Below, piece by piece: positions 52,204-64,000 of a DNA stretch of 64,000 nt (position 1 is the stretch's first letter; each line of letters starts with the position of its first letter). The stretch lies in the NCBI GenBank assembly GCA_973895155.1, contig OZ316897.1, forward strand, positions 20,463,224-20,527,223, read 5' to 3'. Under the pieces are notes generated by a model. The model made no database searches. It was not told where the DNA came from and saw only the letters and a program-made list of their open reading frames with translations. The position numbers and the translations under genes were made by a program. This DNA comes from Marsupella aquatica (lineage: Eukaryota > Plantae > Marchantiophyta).

Positions 52204-53149
52204 TTAGTCTCATGGATTTTATTTTGTTGGGCACAAAGTTTATTAATGCCCTGACTGCCCCTTAGATAGATGACCCACACAAAGCCCCTCAGGCAGGGAG
52301 CGCTCGGAGGCTTTGCTTATTAGAACAACCTGGTGAGAGAACGTTAGCCTACAATTACTGTACAGTAGTGACTCCAGTCAGTGAGTAAAGCAAGGAAAGG
52401 ACTCCCTCCAATAGACAAGATGGCCACTTTACAAGATGTTGGGGGCCGATTGTTTAATCCATTGTCTGTGAGATTAAATCATATTGTGTGTGTTGATCCC
52501 GCATGGCAAAAACGGGTGCAAGGACATGCTGATATGGATTGTTTAATCTGTCTAGAATTTTGAACCACTTCCTCCATAGATGCTCCAATATTGGCTCGTT
52601 CTGCATTCAAAGATTTGAATTTATTGAAGTTCATTTCAAAAGATTGTTGGATCTCTTAGAATAAGAAGTGGGCCATGTTTGCTTTAGTGAAATATAAGTC
52701 ACAAAGGGACCCCACTTCCTGTAAAACCTTATTGGGCGAACTTTCAGTTGAGCTTCGTGGTGTGGTCTGAAAATACCACTAAATCTTTTATTGCTCATAA
52801 TTATGATTCTGCAAAATATAGTGTACAATAGAGTGCATTTGTAACAGTTCAACTTTTGTGACAAAACCTCTTTGTTCACTTTATTCTTTCGTATTCTTTT
52901 TGGCACTTGTCTGTAAAAAGTTTGTATATTTTTCTTTCTTCACGGGCTGGTTAGACTATGGGACAAAAGAATGATTGTATTTATTCCTTTGCTTCAATAT
53001 TGAATTAATCTTGTCCCCCAAGATGCAGAATTTGCTCAAAGTAGCCCTCAAATCTTTCAAAGCTCACGTAAAGTACTGTATATCAATAATTCTGAAGGTT
53101 ACTACTAACCGTACTTACTACTGCCAGTTACGCTGGACTCTTACTGATT

Positions 53150-54350
53150 AGCCCTTCACTCGATCGACTTCTTCTCCATTTTTGTGAAGATATTTGTTGA
53201 CCACGAGGAACAGCATTACTTTGCATCAATTTATAAGGGCTACAATGAAGAAGGAGCTGACACAAGTCCGATAGATTTGAACTACTCTGATCGACCTCTA
53301 CCTGTAAGTCACGGTCACATTTATATATATCTTGTGCAGATTTGACCAGGACAACACAGGGAATTCATCATCATTCTCAAGACCGATATAGAGTTACTCC
53401 GGTCTTTGAACGATCTCTGCCCGTTTTGTCACATCAATTCTACGAGGATGCTTAACAATTCATCATCATTCTCAAGATTGATAAAGAGTAAACTCCTACG
53501 GGAGAGCGGCCCTCTCTCCGAGAATGCTTGTTGTTATATAAGGAATTGTGAGTAGGATTACGGTAGTGTCATGAAAACTCAAATTAAAGCTCATCTTAAA
53601 TGAATGGAAAAACTTATCGTTGAATGTTGAATGTAATGAATGGATACAGCTTCCAATTGCTTTGATGGTCTAGTGACTAGTTCTCGTCGTTTCACTGTTA
53701 TGATTGAGTGACAACATTCATTCATTCACTGAATCGCTGGCCCTGAAGCCCTGAACATCTGTGCAGTTTTGCACAGTAATGACGGTGTGAGACGCTTCTG
53801 AGTTATTCTTGTAGATTGACCGAGCATGCATCCTTGAATGACCGATACACAGAATGCTATCGATTGCATCGGACCGTGCCATAAATGCAGCGTAATTAGC
53901 AGTATCTCGAGGGCCGTACTTCACTCAATTGCATTTTGTTCTCTCTCTTTCTCTCTCTCGCAGAGACGTAGAATTGGTTTCCTTTTTCTAGTACATTCTC
54001 GTTATGAGTTTCTGACGTATGACTCTTTGAATCTTCACCATGCCAGTTCAGACAGAAGTCCAGATCCTTTAAGTAAGAGACACTGCAACTTCCGAAGGTC
54101 ACAGGGATTTCAGAAATTTTGTATGAATGACTGTGTCCTTCTCGTGCAGGAAATTCAAACTTACAGGGATTATGCTCTCATGAGCTGGGTCACAGGTATT
54201 ACTGCAGTCTGAGGTGTTTGAGCTGTGGTCTTACACATCCTGAAACACTCGTGAGAGTAGCCGTTAGTAAGGAGGATCTATGTAAGCCGAGCATTGTGTT
54301 CATGGACGCAATCTTCAACTATATCAAATCATCAATGATGTATGTGCGTA
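53150..54350 (+). pseudogene. Possible decayed N-terminal half of a PDR/full-size ABCG transporter
   Basis: Collinear relics: VKIFVDHEEQHYF...EGADTSPIDLNYSDRPLP|gtaagt (53184-53303), atgacggtgtgagacgctt (~MTVRETL, 53779), and GLTHPETLV...PSIVFMDAIFNYIKSS (~54230-54335; compare FMDEISTGLDSS). Confidence 0.35.
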
Positions 54351-54509
54351 CTTTGATTCTGTTAGGGAATACATTAAGTACCAATGCCTTGACTGTTTCC
54401 CACTTTCGGACTTTCCCTTTCTTTTGTCTTTTAAATTTAACTTAAATTCCATTGAGAAGAAAAATGGATTTTCAAGAAGTTGATACTCAACCAACACTAA
54501 CTTGATGAT

Positions 54510-55318
54510 CACGAGCCTTTAATGGAACACGCACCTTTTCCCTTGTGAACAGTTCATCTCCAGCTTTTGATCACCAGCCTTTAATGGACCACGCACCTTT
54601 TCCCTTGTGAACCACTTCATCTAGTACAGCCTTTGGTGGACCAAGCACCTTTTCCCTTGGGTTCCAAAACTTTTATGTCTTGATTTCCAATAATAAAAAC
54701 TAGCCCTAACTACCCCTTCTTTGAATATGAATAGTTGGGGAGGGCAATAAAAATGTCACCAAAATATATTGTGGTGTACCAAACACCTTTTCCCTTGGGT
54801 TCCAAAACTTTTATGTCTTGATTTCCAATAATAAAACTAGCCCTAAGTATCCCTTCTTTGAATATGAATAGTTGGGGAGGACAATAAAAATGTCACCAAA
54901 ATATATTGTGGTGTACCAAGCACCTTTTCCCTTGGGTTCCAAAACTTTTATGTCTTGATTTCCAATAATAAAAACTAGCCCTAACTACCCCTTACTTTGA
55001 ATATGAATAGTTGGGGAGGACAATAAAAATGTCACCAAAATATATTGTGGTGTACCAAACACCTTTTCCCTTGGGTTCCAAAACTTTTATGTCTTGATTT
55101 CCAATAATAAAACTAGCCCTAAGTATCCCTTCTTTGAATATGAATAGTTGGGGAGGACAATAAAAATGTCACCAAAATATATTGTGGTGTACCAAGCACC
55201 TTTTCCCTTGGGTTCTAAAATTTTCATGTCTTCATTTCCAATAATAAAAACTAGCTCTAACTACCCCTTCTTTGAATATGAATAGTTGGGGAGGACAATA
55301 AAAATGTCACCAAAATAT
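54510..55318. repeat. Tandem array: five ~138-bp units (starts 54641, 54779, 54916, 55055, 55192) preceded by two ~60-bp related units
   Basis: Unit ccaa(g/a)caccttttcccttgggttccaaaac...gtcaccaaaatatattgtggtgta. Confidence 0.97.
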
Positions 55319-57474
55319 AATCTTTATTCACATTCTTTGAATATTAATGAAATGATAAAAAAATATCATGTATGTCATCATTTTAATAATCGTATATAAA
55401 ATATTATACTATTTTCTATGCACATCCCTCTTTTTATTCACATATGTTATGGTGGGGCCATATAATACTTTTTAATGTAAATAGAAATCATGACAAAAAG
55501 CATGTATGATTATCATTTGATATACATACTACTCATGAGTTTTCCCATCCACATGATGAGCCATGGAATTAGTGTCTAAAGGTTTCACTCTAAAGCCTAG
55601 GCCCCAACTCTAACTTGTAGTTGGTGTTTTATAAGTAAAATAGCCTGACCAAACACTTTTCAATACTAAGCAAATTGAACATTGTATTCAGGAGATCTTA
55701 TCTGCGTAGAAGTAATGCTTTAGAATGGTCCATCTAAGCATGTTGTCAAAATATTGTGATCTATGGGAGCTCCAGTTTGAGATGTTCAAGAACAATAATC
55801 ATTAAGAATAAAGTCAGACCATATAGCAAGGGAAGCCTCCAAAAGGAACTGTCCTTTAGCGAGTTGTGAGGGTCCATGCGTTGGGCTACAGGAGGCTTTC
55901 CAGGTTTGACCAGAGAGAGTAGTGCTTTAAGACATGCCTGACAACTTGCCCAAACTGGCCCTCTCCACTTCATCTAGTATTCCTTGATTGAGGTGCCAAA
56001 CACTTGTTTGCCATGCTTGTATCCTTTTCTTGCAAAACTAGGGTTGAAGCTTGATTTCTTTGTCTTGAAAGGAAATGGGGAGGAAATACAATTAGATTCC
56101 CCCCACCCCAATGTGACACTTTTTCTGTAGGGAACCCAGACCACTAGACCAGGGTGAGCCCCAACGGATCCCACAGGGACCCTCACCAGGAAAGAGAGAG
56201 GATAAAATCAGGGTCACAAAATACTCCCAAATGGATACAATAACAAGAATGCAAGCTGGTCAAAGTAGTCGTATGGGAGATTGTTGTTTGGGTGGGTCCC
56301 TGGTTGGGGAGTGTGATGTGGCTCTTAACAGCTTGGCCTATGTTTTGAGGCTTGTACAATATGTAGATGAGAATGACGGAGAGGAGTCATAATGAGTCAT
56401 CATAGTATATGCTTTCCAACTCAAAAGCCTGCTACTACCTGCATCTGCACTGTTAACGGCTAATGATTTTCGTAGGTAAATAGTTTTACAAAAGATTTAA
56501 CATTCGTAATACCCGTTTACTCGTTATTTTCTTGACCATAACAATAGTTGAGGTGTAGTTCCATAATGCAACATGCGTAATTTGGTGTTGGTAAGACTTA
56601 TGGTGAGGAAGTATCAACACTTCCCCTTCTAAAGTACCATAGCATGTGCTCTGTCTACTGCTTCTCCATTTTGATGCTTTGTCTGTTATTTCTGTATGAG
56701 ATTTGGCAGCCTTCCATGACTCATACCCTTTCTCTGCTTGAGACTCTCTTCTCATGTGAACATCAATCTGGTTCGCATTGTCATGACTCAATGCTAATTC
56801 TTGGACTGGAGTTGGAATCAAGTTGGTACAATTATCTGTCACTATAAAAGGGGCTTTGTTAGCCAGCCATTGTTTATTTCCCCTAGGTGAACAATATATC
56901 CACATTTTGAGGGTTGATTGTCTGGGATGGTGTACTCATAAGATGAGACTAATACTCATAGAAAATTATTTTTTTAATATACACTATGCAATTTATCTCT
57001 AAAATACAATATATTTTTAGTATGCACTAGTCCACGACACTAATTTAAGCATCCCAGTAAATGCACTTCAAATTGACAAATTTGCATCACTCATCTTACT
57101 AATAAATCTAAGCTATTGTTGGGGCTAGGTTTCTAGTGTGAACACTCTAGAAGTTAAAGTTCCCGGCTAGGCTTCTCTTGTGAAGCCTCTTGTGAAGCCT
57201 CTAGAAGGTAACCCCTAGTGCACACGCAAATTATGTTGCATGGAACAATGAGATATTAAGAATATTTAAATGACAAGCATATATAAATGTTTTTGAACAG
57301 TTTTTTCATATTTCAAAAATAAGGCATTCATGCTCGTAATGAGTACATAGGGATATAAAAAAATAAAATTATCATGATATGGAAAGTACATTCAAAAGAC
57401 TTGCCACCTAGCACATTATGATACTGGTTTTTTTTTTTATTGCAATAGGCCTAAAAGCGATATATGTGAAATGA

Positions 57475-57705
57475 ATGCTACTGGCTACCCATAGTAATTT
57501 GCAAGGGAACATCGAAGTGTACTTTGTTACCCAAAATACTTGTAAGGGAACACGAAAAACCTTTATTACCCAAAGTACCACATAAGGGAACATGTTATTT
57601 AAACTACAGTATGAACACGCTTTCACGTGAGGTGACATTTTAAACTTGATTCAGAGTGTGAAGTGGGTGCTACTGACTACCCAAGTACTCTCTAAGAGAA
57701 CTTGG
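57475..57705. repeat. Degenerate ~40-bp repeat (taccca..gta....taagggaac), 4 copies
   Basis: The motif recurs at ~57487, 57528, 57567 and 57679. Confidence 0.6.
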
Positions 57706-59914
57706 GTTTAACCAGGGACCACTAATTCACGTGCGGTGACAGCTTGCATTTATTCAGAATTAGTGTGGGTAAAACAGTAAAACTATTAGCAGTAAACAAA
57801 ATTATACTGGGTAAGATAAGACTATAATTAGCGGTAAACAGTTTAGAGCTGTTGCCAGAAACGTGAGCAGCGAGGAATTTTGTCGTGAACTAGTGTTTGT
57901 CGAGCTTTTGAGGTATTCTCGAGAGATTCCTCGAGACATCGCAAAGTGCGCTGAGCGAAATCATTCTGCCGAGACAGAAAGAATAAGTCGTTGCCAGAGT
58001 CGAGTACAAACCCGGCAAAACCCAAGCTGACATCGCGACAGAGTAATCCCTAGGATTACAGGCTATTCCTGGCTTGCTGAATAAGATACTGCTTCCAGTC
58101 TTCTAGAAAACTATTATGGGGAACGACCATGATCGACGTTCGTGGGAGTTTTCCCACCTTGCAGTCCAGAAAGCTTCTGATCGTTCTACGGTCACTCTTC
58201 ACAATTCGGCCCAGTATGGCAAACTGCAGCTCTCTGTCGTCCAGGGATCCGATTCTGATGGCGACAAACGAGACAATGACTAATGTTAGTCTTCACAGGA
58301 GAGTGATGCTGTGATCAGAAAACTGAACGGCATGCCCGTAAAATTTTGCAGAACTTCCGCGTAATCGTTCAAACGGCCCCTGCCGACCCACGATTTCTCT
58401 CGAAGATGTAGCAACGAGCACAGTGACAAAAATCTTCGATGTCCCGTGGCCCAATGTGCATCGTGCACGGTGGTGTTGGAATGCGCTGAACATGTGATTT
58501 ATCCTCTCAAGGAAGTGGACACTGAATGACAAAACTCCGAACACCTCGTGGAGCTGTCGTTACTCTAAAAGGCCCCAATGCAAGGTCCTTCACGGGCTTG
58601 GTGGTCCCACTTAATCTCCCGTTGTCTTGATGTGGATTGAATTGAATTTTCGAGACAATCAACGGAAGGCCCAATGTGTGCACACATATGGGGTCGTCCG
58701 AAAGAAATTCAAAACAACCACGAGTCACGAGCTTCTGCACGGATGACTGCTATTCAAACGCAATCATTCCACGCTAAATATTTCAATATAATTCCCTTGT
58801 TGAAGACAATACGGTCAAGACCATTCCAATGCGTGCCACAAAACCATGTACTTCTCTAACCGTAAGTTTAGAAAGTTTGCTTGACAAACGACTCGGCAGT
58901 GAGAGCTCCGAGCTCTGCATCCACCACTTCATTTGTAAATCCGTACATTACAATCCGTACTCACTGTCTCAAGTATCTGATGGTCACAGCTGTACACGCG
59001 ATGGTACACTAATGCGAGATGCATTCGCGTGTTCAAACTCAGACACTCTCCAGGCTGTTGCAGACACAAGTTTCCCTCTAAGAAGATGAAAAACTACTGC
59101 AACACAATTCGAATCCTGTTGCATTCATGGCGCTCTTCTACAGTAACAAGTTGTTAAGCAACTACATTTTGAAAAACTTATGGTCTGCTTACTGGTGTTC
59201 AAACGGTTTGTGCTGAACACAATCAGGCATTTTGGTCTAGTAAGAAGTCGTGATAAGCATCATTAGATTTGGCAAACTTCTGCGCACCTTACTTACCTCT
59301 CTTCCAATAGTGCATGCTACACAGTCATGTCCTGGAGACGTTGTTGCCTTCTGTGCAGGCCAGGGCAAGCACTTCTATCTCCAATAGATTTTTTTCCCAT
59401 TTTCGAGGAATCGCAGCTCGCTCTACTTCGAAGTGGGCGTCCACACGTTACCCAACCGACCCGATCGATGAAGCGTTCATGTTGGTAGGTAGCTCAACAT
59501 TACACCACACTACTGTGACTAGCTCCCAGACCCAGTGATCCTGTCCTGCTCGGTCTTGTTCTCTCTCTCTTGGAGCAGGGCAGCGAGTGAATCGCAGGGG
59601 GAAGGGGAAGCCAAAGAAGCTGCATGTTTCCCCATATGTTTCTTGGCTTGACTGTCTGAAGATCTCAATGTGAACGGAAGTTGTTGGTAGAACGGAGACG
59701 AGCCCTTAAATCACCTCCTCGGCAAGAAAAATGCTCAGTTCGGATTCTTTCATCTTGTGCAATGCCTTAGACTCAAGTCACCTAAAATTTTACTCACATC
59801 GTTCTCCCACGGAAATCAGTTCTCCATCGACGCTATCCGCATCTTGACCAGTTCTCCATCGACGACAGTAATCCACATCCAACAAAATCATCAGCAAACG
59901 AAGAGCAGCCTAGG

Positions 59915-60673
59915 TTATATCCTGAGGAGAAATATGCTCAGCTCGGGCCCTCCATTTCCATCGGGGTTCATCATATAGAAAGCCTCGGAATCACGTGAGC
60001 CAACCACTCTCTCAAACCGTGCTCTCATATACATCAATTCCCCATCGTTATTCTCTCCATCCATAGGAAGAACTCCGGCTCCCATGGACACTGCTCGCAC
60101 TACGGTCAAAATATGACGATCAAATTCTGAAAATACTCTCCTAATGGCGTATCCAGTCTTCCTTCCGTTGCAGAACATGCTCCAAATTGGCTCCTCGTAC
60201 AGTTTCCCTCTGCCTGATGTCTTTTCACATTCAAGCGCGATTCTCACCAACCCAGATGCCATATCCTGCACGAGGGTACTGGTGGGCGTCGAAAATTCCA
60301 GGATCAACGTGGGGATCGACCTCTGATCTTCTTGCACGGCGAAATGGACGTGCCCCCTTCTGTGCCCGAAAATGGTGCCCGTCACCCGACTACCAAGAAT
60401 GAGGCCTTCGCGTTGAGAGGGCATTGTCAGCATCCTGCAAGGGCCCATGATGGAGAACGGGAACATCGAGTTCATTGCCGATCGGATGGTTGCCACCAAT
60501 TTCTGCTGCCTGTGTGAAGACTTCGACGACCGTGCCAGAGTGAGACTCGACGACGATGTGCTCAATGCACTACTGAAAGGACTCCCGGGACTGCTGGTGC
60601 TGCACGTTCCGGGGCTACACGGACTGAAACTACCGGACGAGACTATCGCGAGGTCTAACTCAGCTTTCGTCAT
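59915..60673 (-). CDS. MIZ1: MIZU-KUSSEI 1-like protein (DUF617); 252 aa from the first in-exon ATG, or 282 aa if an upstream mini-exon (61687-61658) is spliced to 60733
   Basis: VTGTIFGHRRGHVHFAVQED, MASGLVRIALECEK, WSMFCNGRKTGYAIRR, VSMGAGVLP and GELMYMRARFERVVGSRDSEAFYMMNPDGNGGPELSIFLLRI are diagnostic DUF617 motifs. The symbol denotes the family, not proven orthology. Confidence 0.93.
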   Translation of the reverse strand: MTKAELDLAIVSSGSFSPCSPGTCSTSSPGSPFSSALSTSSSSLTLARSSKSSHRQQKLVATIRSAMNSMFPFSIMGPCRMLTMPSQREGLILGSRVTGTIFGHRRGHVHFAVQEDQRSIPTLILEFSTPTSTLVQDMASGLVRIALECEKTSGRGKLYEEPIWSMFCNGRKTGYAIRRVFSEFDRHILTVVRAVSMGAGVLPMDGENNDGELMYMRARFERVVGSRDSEAFYMMNPDGNGGPELSIFLLRI

Positions 60674-61761
60674 CGTGCCCGAGGGCCCGAAATCTCTGTA
60701 ATCGAATACCACGTTAGGAGCCAGGGTGCCCGTCTGAATTCAACTCACTCAGCAAAGGCCACACTTCTAGCACCTTCAGAGCAAAAGATCACACAGCAAG
60801 CCTCCCTCAATCTCCTCACAATACAGATATCAAAGAAGTTCAGCGAAGTATTCGGTCCTGCCTGATCTACTTCACCGTTTGGTACGATCGACAACGTCCA
60901 ATTGCGTTGAACCAGCTCCCTAACTTCAAATCTCCGACACCAAACTGCCTAATAGATCTCGATGAGACCACAAACTGCCTAACAGGTCTCAATCAAAGGA
61001 TCACAGGAAGGCTTCCTCAATCAAGCTCCTCAGAACGCAGACAGTGGAGCAGTATATTAATTCTTCAAAGTCTGCGGTCCTCCCTGATCTACTCCTCTAG
61101 ACAGTGTGGTCCACAACGCTTCCAATTGCGTCGAACCAGTTCCCAGCATCCAATCCCAGACCTCGAGCTACCGATAGGATCGCACTCCACACTGCTGAAG
61201 GATCGTCCTCACTGCCCAACTGACGAAAACAGTCATCAGTGACAATAATCAGTCGCCCACAAAGCCCGGAAAGCTTTCTGGAACACCGATTCGGCGCCGC
61301 CGGGCAAGCTAATCAAACCATGGAATCGCGCTACAATCGCTGCTTTGTCTCGGCACAGAGCTCGCTCAGTGATTACCGAATGGGACTCTCTCCTTCGAAG
61401 GCAGGAATAGAAACCAAGGCCAGAATTGACTCCCAGTGAATCGAGCGAAGATGCCACACTCTCCAGAACAGCGGAGGACAGCTGATGATTGCGCTTTGAA
61501 GGAGACTAGGAGAGGATGATTATTAGAGAACCCAATTCGAGCGACATTCGCGCTTCGAGCGATGACGATGATGTAAAGCAATTTTGGGCTTTTCGCGTTC
61601 TCAGCCACGTCGCAATTGCTTCGAACTTGGAGCCTTCAATCTTTCCATGAATTTTACCTTTTGGACACATTTCAGGTAGCGTTGCATTACCCTCTGGTCC
61701 GTCCCAGCGGTCGGTGCTACGTGGCGCTGTATGACAGGATGCGAGGTCGTAGGGCTCTGGG

Positions 61762-61770
61762 TATATAATA
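61762..61770 (-). promoter_or_regulatory. Candidate TATA box for the MIZ1-like gene
   Basis: TATTATATA on the minus strand, about 75 nt upstream of the ATG at 61687, at the edge of the GC-richer leader. Confidence 0.35.
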
Positions 61771-62729
61771 GACGGTTTGTCGTTTAGGTACCCCCTTAGT
61801 CGGGTATGGTTCCATGGGCGTCACGGGAGGATCACCGAGAGTTCGGTTTCCCCAACTGTTTTTATTGGGAGTCTGGCACCCTCTTGTCCTACACAATTTT
61901 AATATGTATATATATCTCACCTATCCCAACGACAACAGACCAAATAAAGGGGATGAAACAAAGAATCACACTCACCGAGACGGCAGTACAATAAAAGGTA
62001 GACAACAACCAAAAAACACAAACTATTATTTGATGCATGGTATAGTTAAACCCCTGGCTTGGACCTACTGGGGAAGCAATGAAGCAATGTCATGTTTCCA
62101 TTCGATACCTTGCTTAAGGCGGTACTGTCCTTTATACCATGGACAACCTACAGTAGCTGATGAAGTTGGGAGAAAATAATACTTAATAATACACGGTCAT
62201 TGTATTGGTTGAGACTTATAATTGTAGAACGAAGGGAAGAATACCTACATGATGTACTGTAGTTCAATTTTGCATCACACAAGGAACCATGCCAAAAGCA
62301 CAGCCATGTGCTTAGAATACAGGGTAGTAAAGTTCGCCAGGCAAAGCAAGAGGGGAGCACGGGCAAAAAGGGGATGGGTCACAAAGGGGGACTGCAAGAT
62401 CAAGGCAAGTTAACGTTGTTAGTGAGCCTGCTTTTGTTTGACTCTAGTATTAGAACAAATACTGGGCATGATATGAGGTGAGGGTTAGGCAAGCCCTCTG
62501 TCAATGGCAGAACAGATGAGTACTGCGGATCCAGATCAAAGTACTAATTGAGGCATTCATTCTTTTCTCACAAATCCCAGCCAAAAGTGGGTTTTTGATG
62601 TAACTTTTGACACTTTGCGAAGAATGGCATATGTCATGTCTTGTTGGCAACAGAAAAAGAGAACCATGGGCAGTGAGTGCTCGAGCCCATGAGCAAAATC
62701 TCTGAAGCACTTAGAGACAAGGGAAGGAG

Positions 62730-62990
62730 GTGGAAAGGTAAACTATATGTACAAGATGTTCACAGAATGTTCCTTATTCATCAGCAAACTTTTCATGCAG
62801 TACCAGAAGGTATTTTACTGGTCTAGTTACAGATTCTAAAATATACTCTCAGGCGAGAGCACCAAGGTGGGAAGGTAACTAAGTATGTACAAAATGTTCG
62901 CACAATGTAAGGATCCATGAGCATGCTTTTCATGCAGCACCAGAAGGTATTTACGAGTCTAGTTGAAGACTCTATATACTCGCAGGCTGT
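62730..62990. repeat. Diverged ~137-bp tandem duplication
   Basis: aaggtaa..tatgtacaa.atgttc...cttttcatgcag.accagaaggtattt...gtctagtt present twice. Confidence 0.8.
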
Positions 62991-64000
62991 GTATATGTAC
63001 CCAATGTTGCAAGCACTTAGAGACATTGATGCATAAGGAGGATGGTTGCTAACTACTGTGTACATCTAGTGGTCATTGCATACCTGTAAGTTATATATTT
63101 GAGTACTTAATTATTGTTATTACTTAGTCTTTCCAACCCCAATTGCTGGTGGCATTGGTTCAAGGCTCAAATACCACTAATTAAGTTGTAATCTGCTTGG
63201 CAACAGTGATTAGGATTATCACAGTGACAATGTGCAAGGAAGTGGGGGATTGAGTTCTCTCATAGTCAACCAAGTACTCAATGGAGGGTTGTTGTGAGTC
63301 ATAGTCTAGACATGTTGGTTGTAGAGGGCACTAATAGATAGCACTTAATTAGAAGAGTTCTAAGCATTTGTTACACTACACCCTGGCCCATATTTCATTC
63401 TCATTATCTATTTCTCAATATAAAGCAAACCACTCTCTACTACTTTGACGTTGAGTATTACTTCTTGTCAACACAATAAAATGTTGCTGACCCAAACAAG
63501 TGGAAAGCCAGGTTTGAAAGGGACAATGCAGATAGTGTTGGTGTGGGGAAAGCAGTGTACTTATCCTAAATTTTGACTTCCTCTCATGGAAAAACCATCT
63601 GACCTGCTCAGAATGAACATTTTTCAATTCTCCTTCCTACTTTCATATATGTGAACTTGGAGGTAAACCCCCTTTCAAGTAACCAGTTATTATTCTCGAA
63701 ACCTCTCACCCAACCTCCCCCCCCCCCCCTTCTCTCTAAATCATAAGAAATTGCTCAACATTCATTGAGTCCCATAATTGAACCCTGCACCCATTGTGGT
63801 ATTGTGGAGGCTTTTGTGTATGCCGTGCAACAAAGTTATTGTCCATAGTGCCTTGCAACTACGGGGTTGTACTTGTAGGAGGTTCTCAAACAGCTCAACT
63901 ACCAACACCAGAATTTGACCGAGCCTGCAATTCCATGTCAGTTCATATTTCTTTTGTATTCTAGAATAATTTCTAAAAGTCCGAGTAGTAAACCCTTTTT

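Noticed and set aside
56486-56905. 139-aa minus-strand ORF
   Set aside because: No recognisable motif or splice context; lies inside repeat-rich DNA.
57475-57705. Repeat-spacer-like pattern as a CRISPR-like array
   Set aside because: Repeats are degenerate, few and irregularly spaced; they fit an eroded minisatellite.
59541-59584. miRNA precursor (ctgtcctgctc...gagcagggcag hairpin with a GA-rich loop)
   Set aside because: The stem is only 11 bp, too short for a plant pre-miRNA; the resemblance to miR529 is low-complexity.

Overview
Eukaryotic, intron-containing land-plant DNA, probably a non-seed plant such as a liverwort (inferred from gene content, long UTRs and TE types). Intact genes: two tandem-duplicated 5-exon ceQORH-like quinone oxidoreductases (minus; 329 and 330 aa, all GT-AG junctions resolved by hand), an RWD/DUF1115 (RWDD2-like) gene and a MIZU-KUSSEI1 (DUF617) gene. 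A two-exon gene missed by the ORF track (15004-15761, +) encodes a basic 77-aa protein with an internal NxTHP...NP repeat that I cannot assign to any family. Mobile DNA: a near full-length CRE-type non-LTR retrotransposon (RT plus restriction-like endonuclease) broken by four TGA/TAG stops and a frameshift, two inverted solo LTRs with perfect 5-bp TSDs, a non-autonomous MULE (155-bp TIRs, 10-bp TSD), a 5'-truncated LINE with a 14-bp TSD, Harbinger-like MITEs and Helitron-like ends. There are also decayed gene fragments (CML EF-hand, possible PDR/ABCG, possible LRR-Roc) and many local tandem duplications, including a 138-bp array with alternating A/B units. No rRNA, tRNA or CRISPR array was found. 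All assignments come from reading the sequence; no searches were run.
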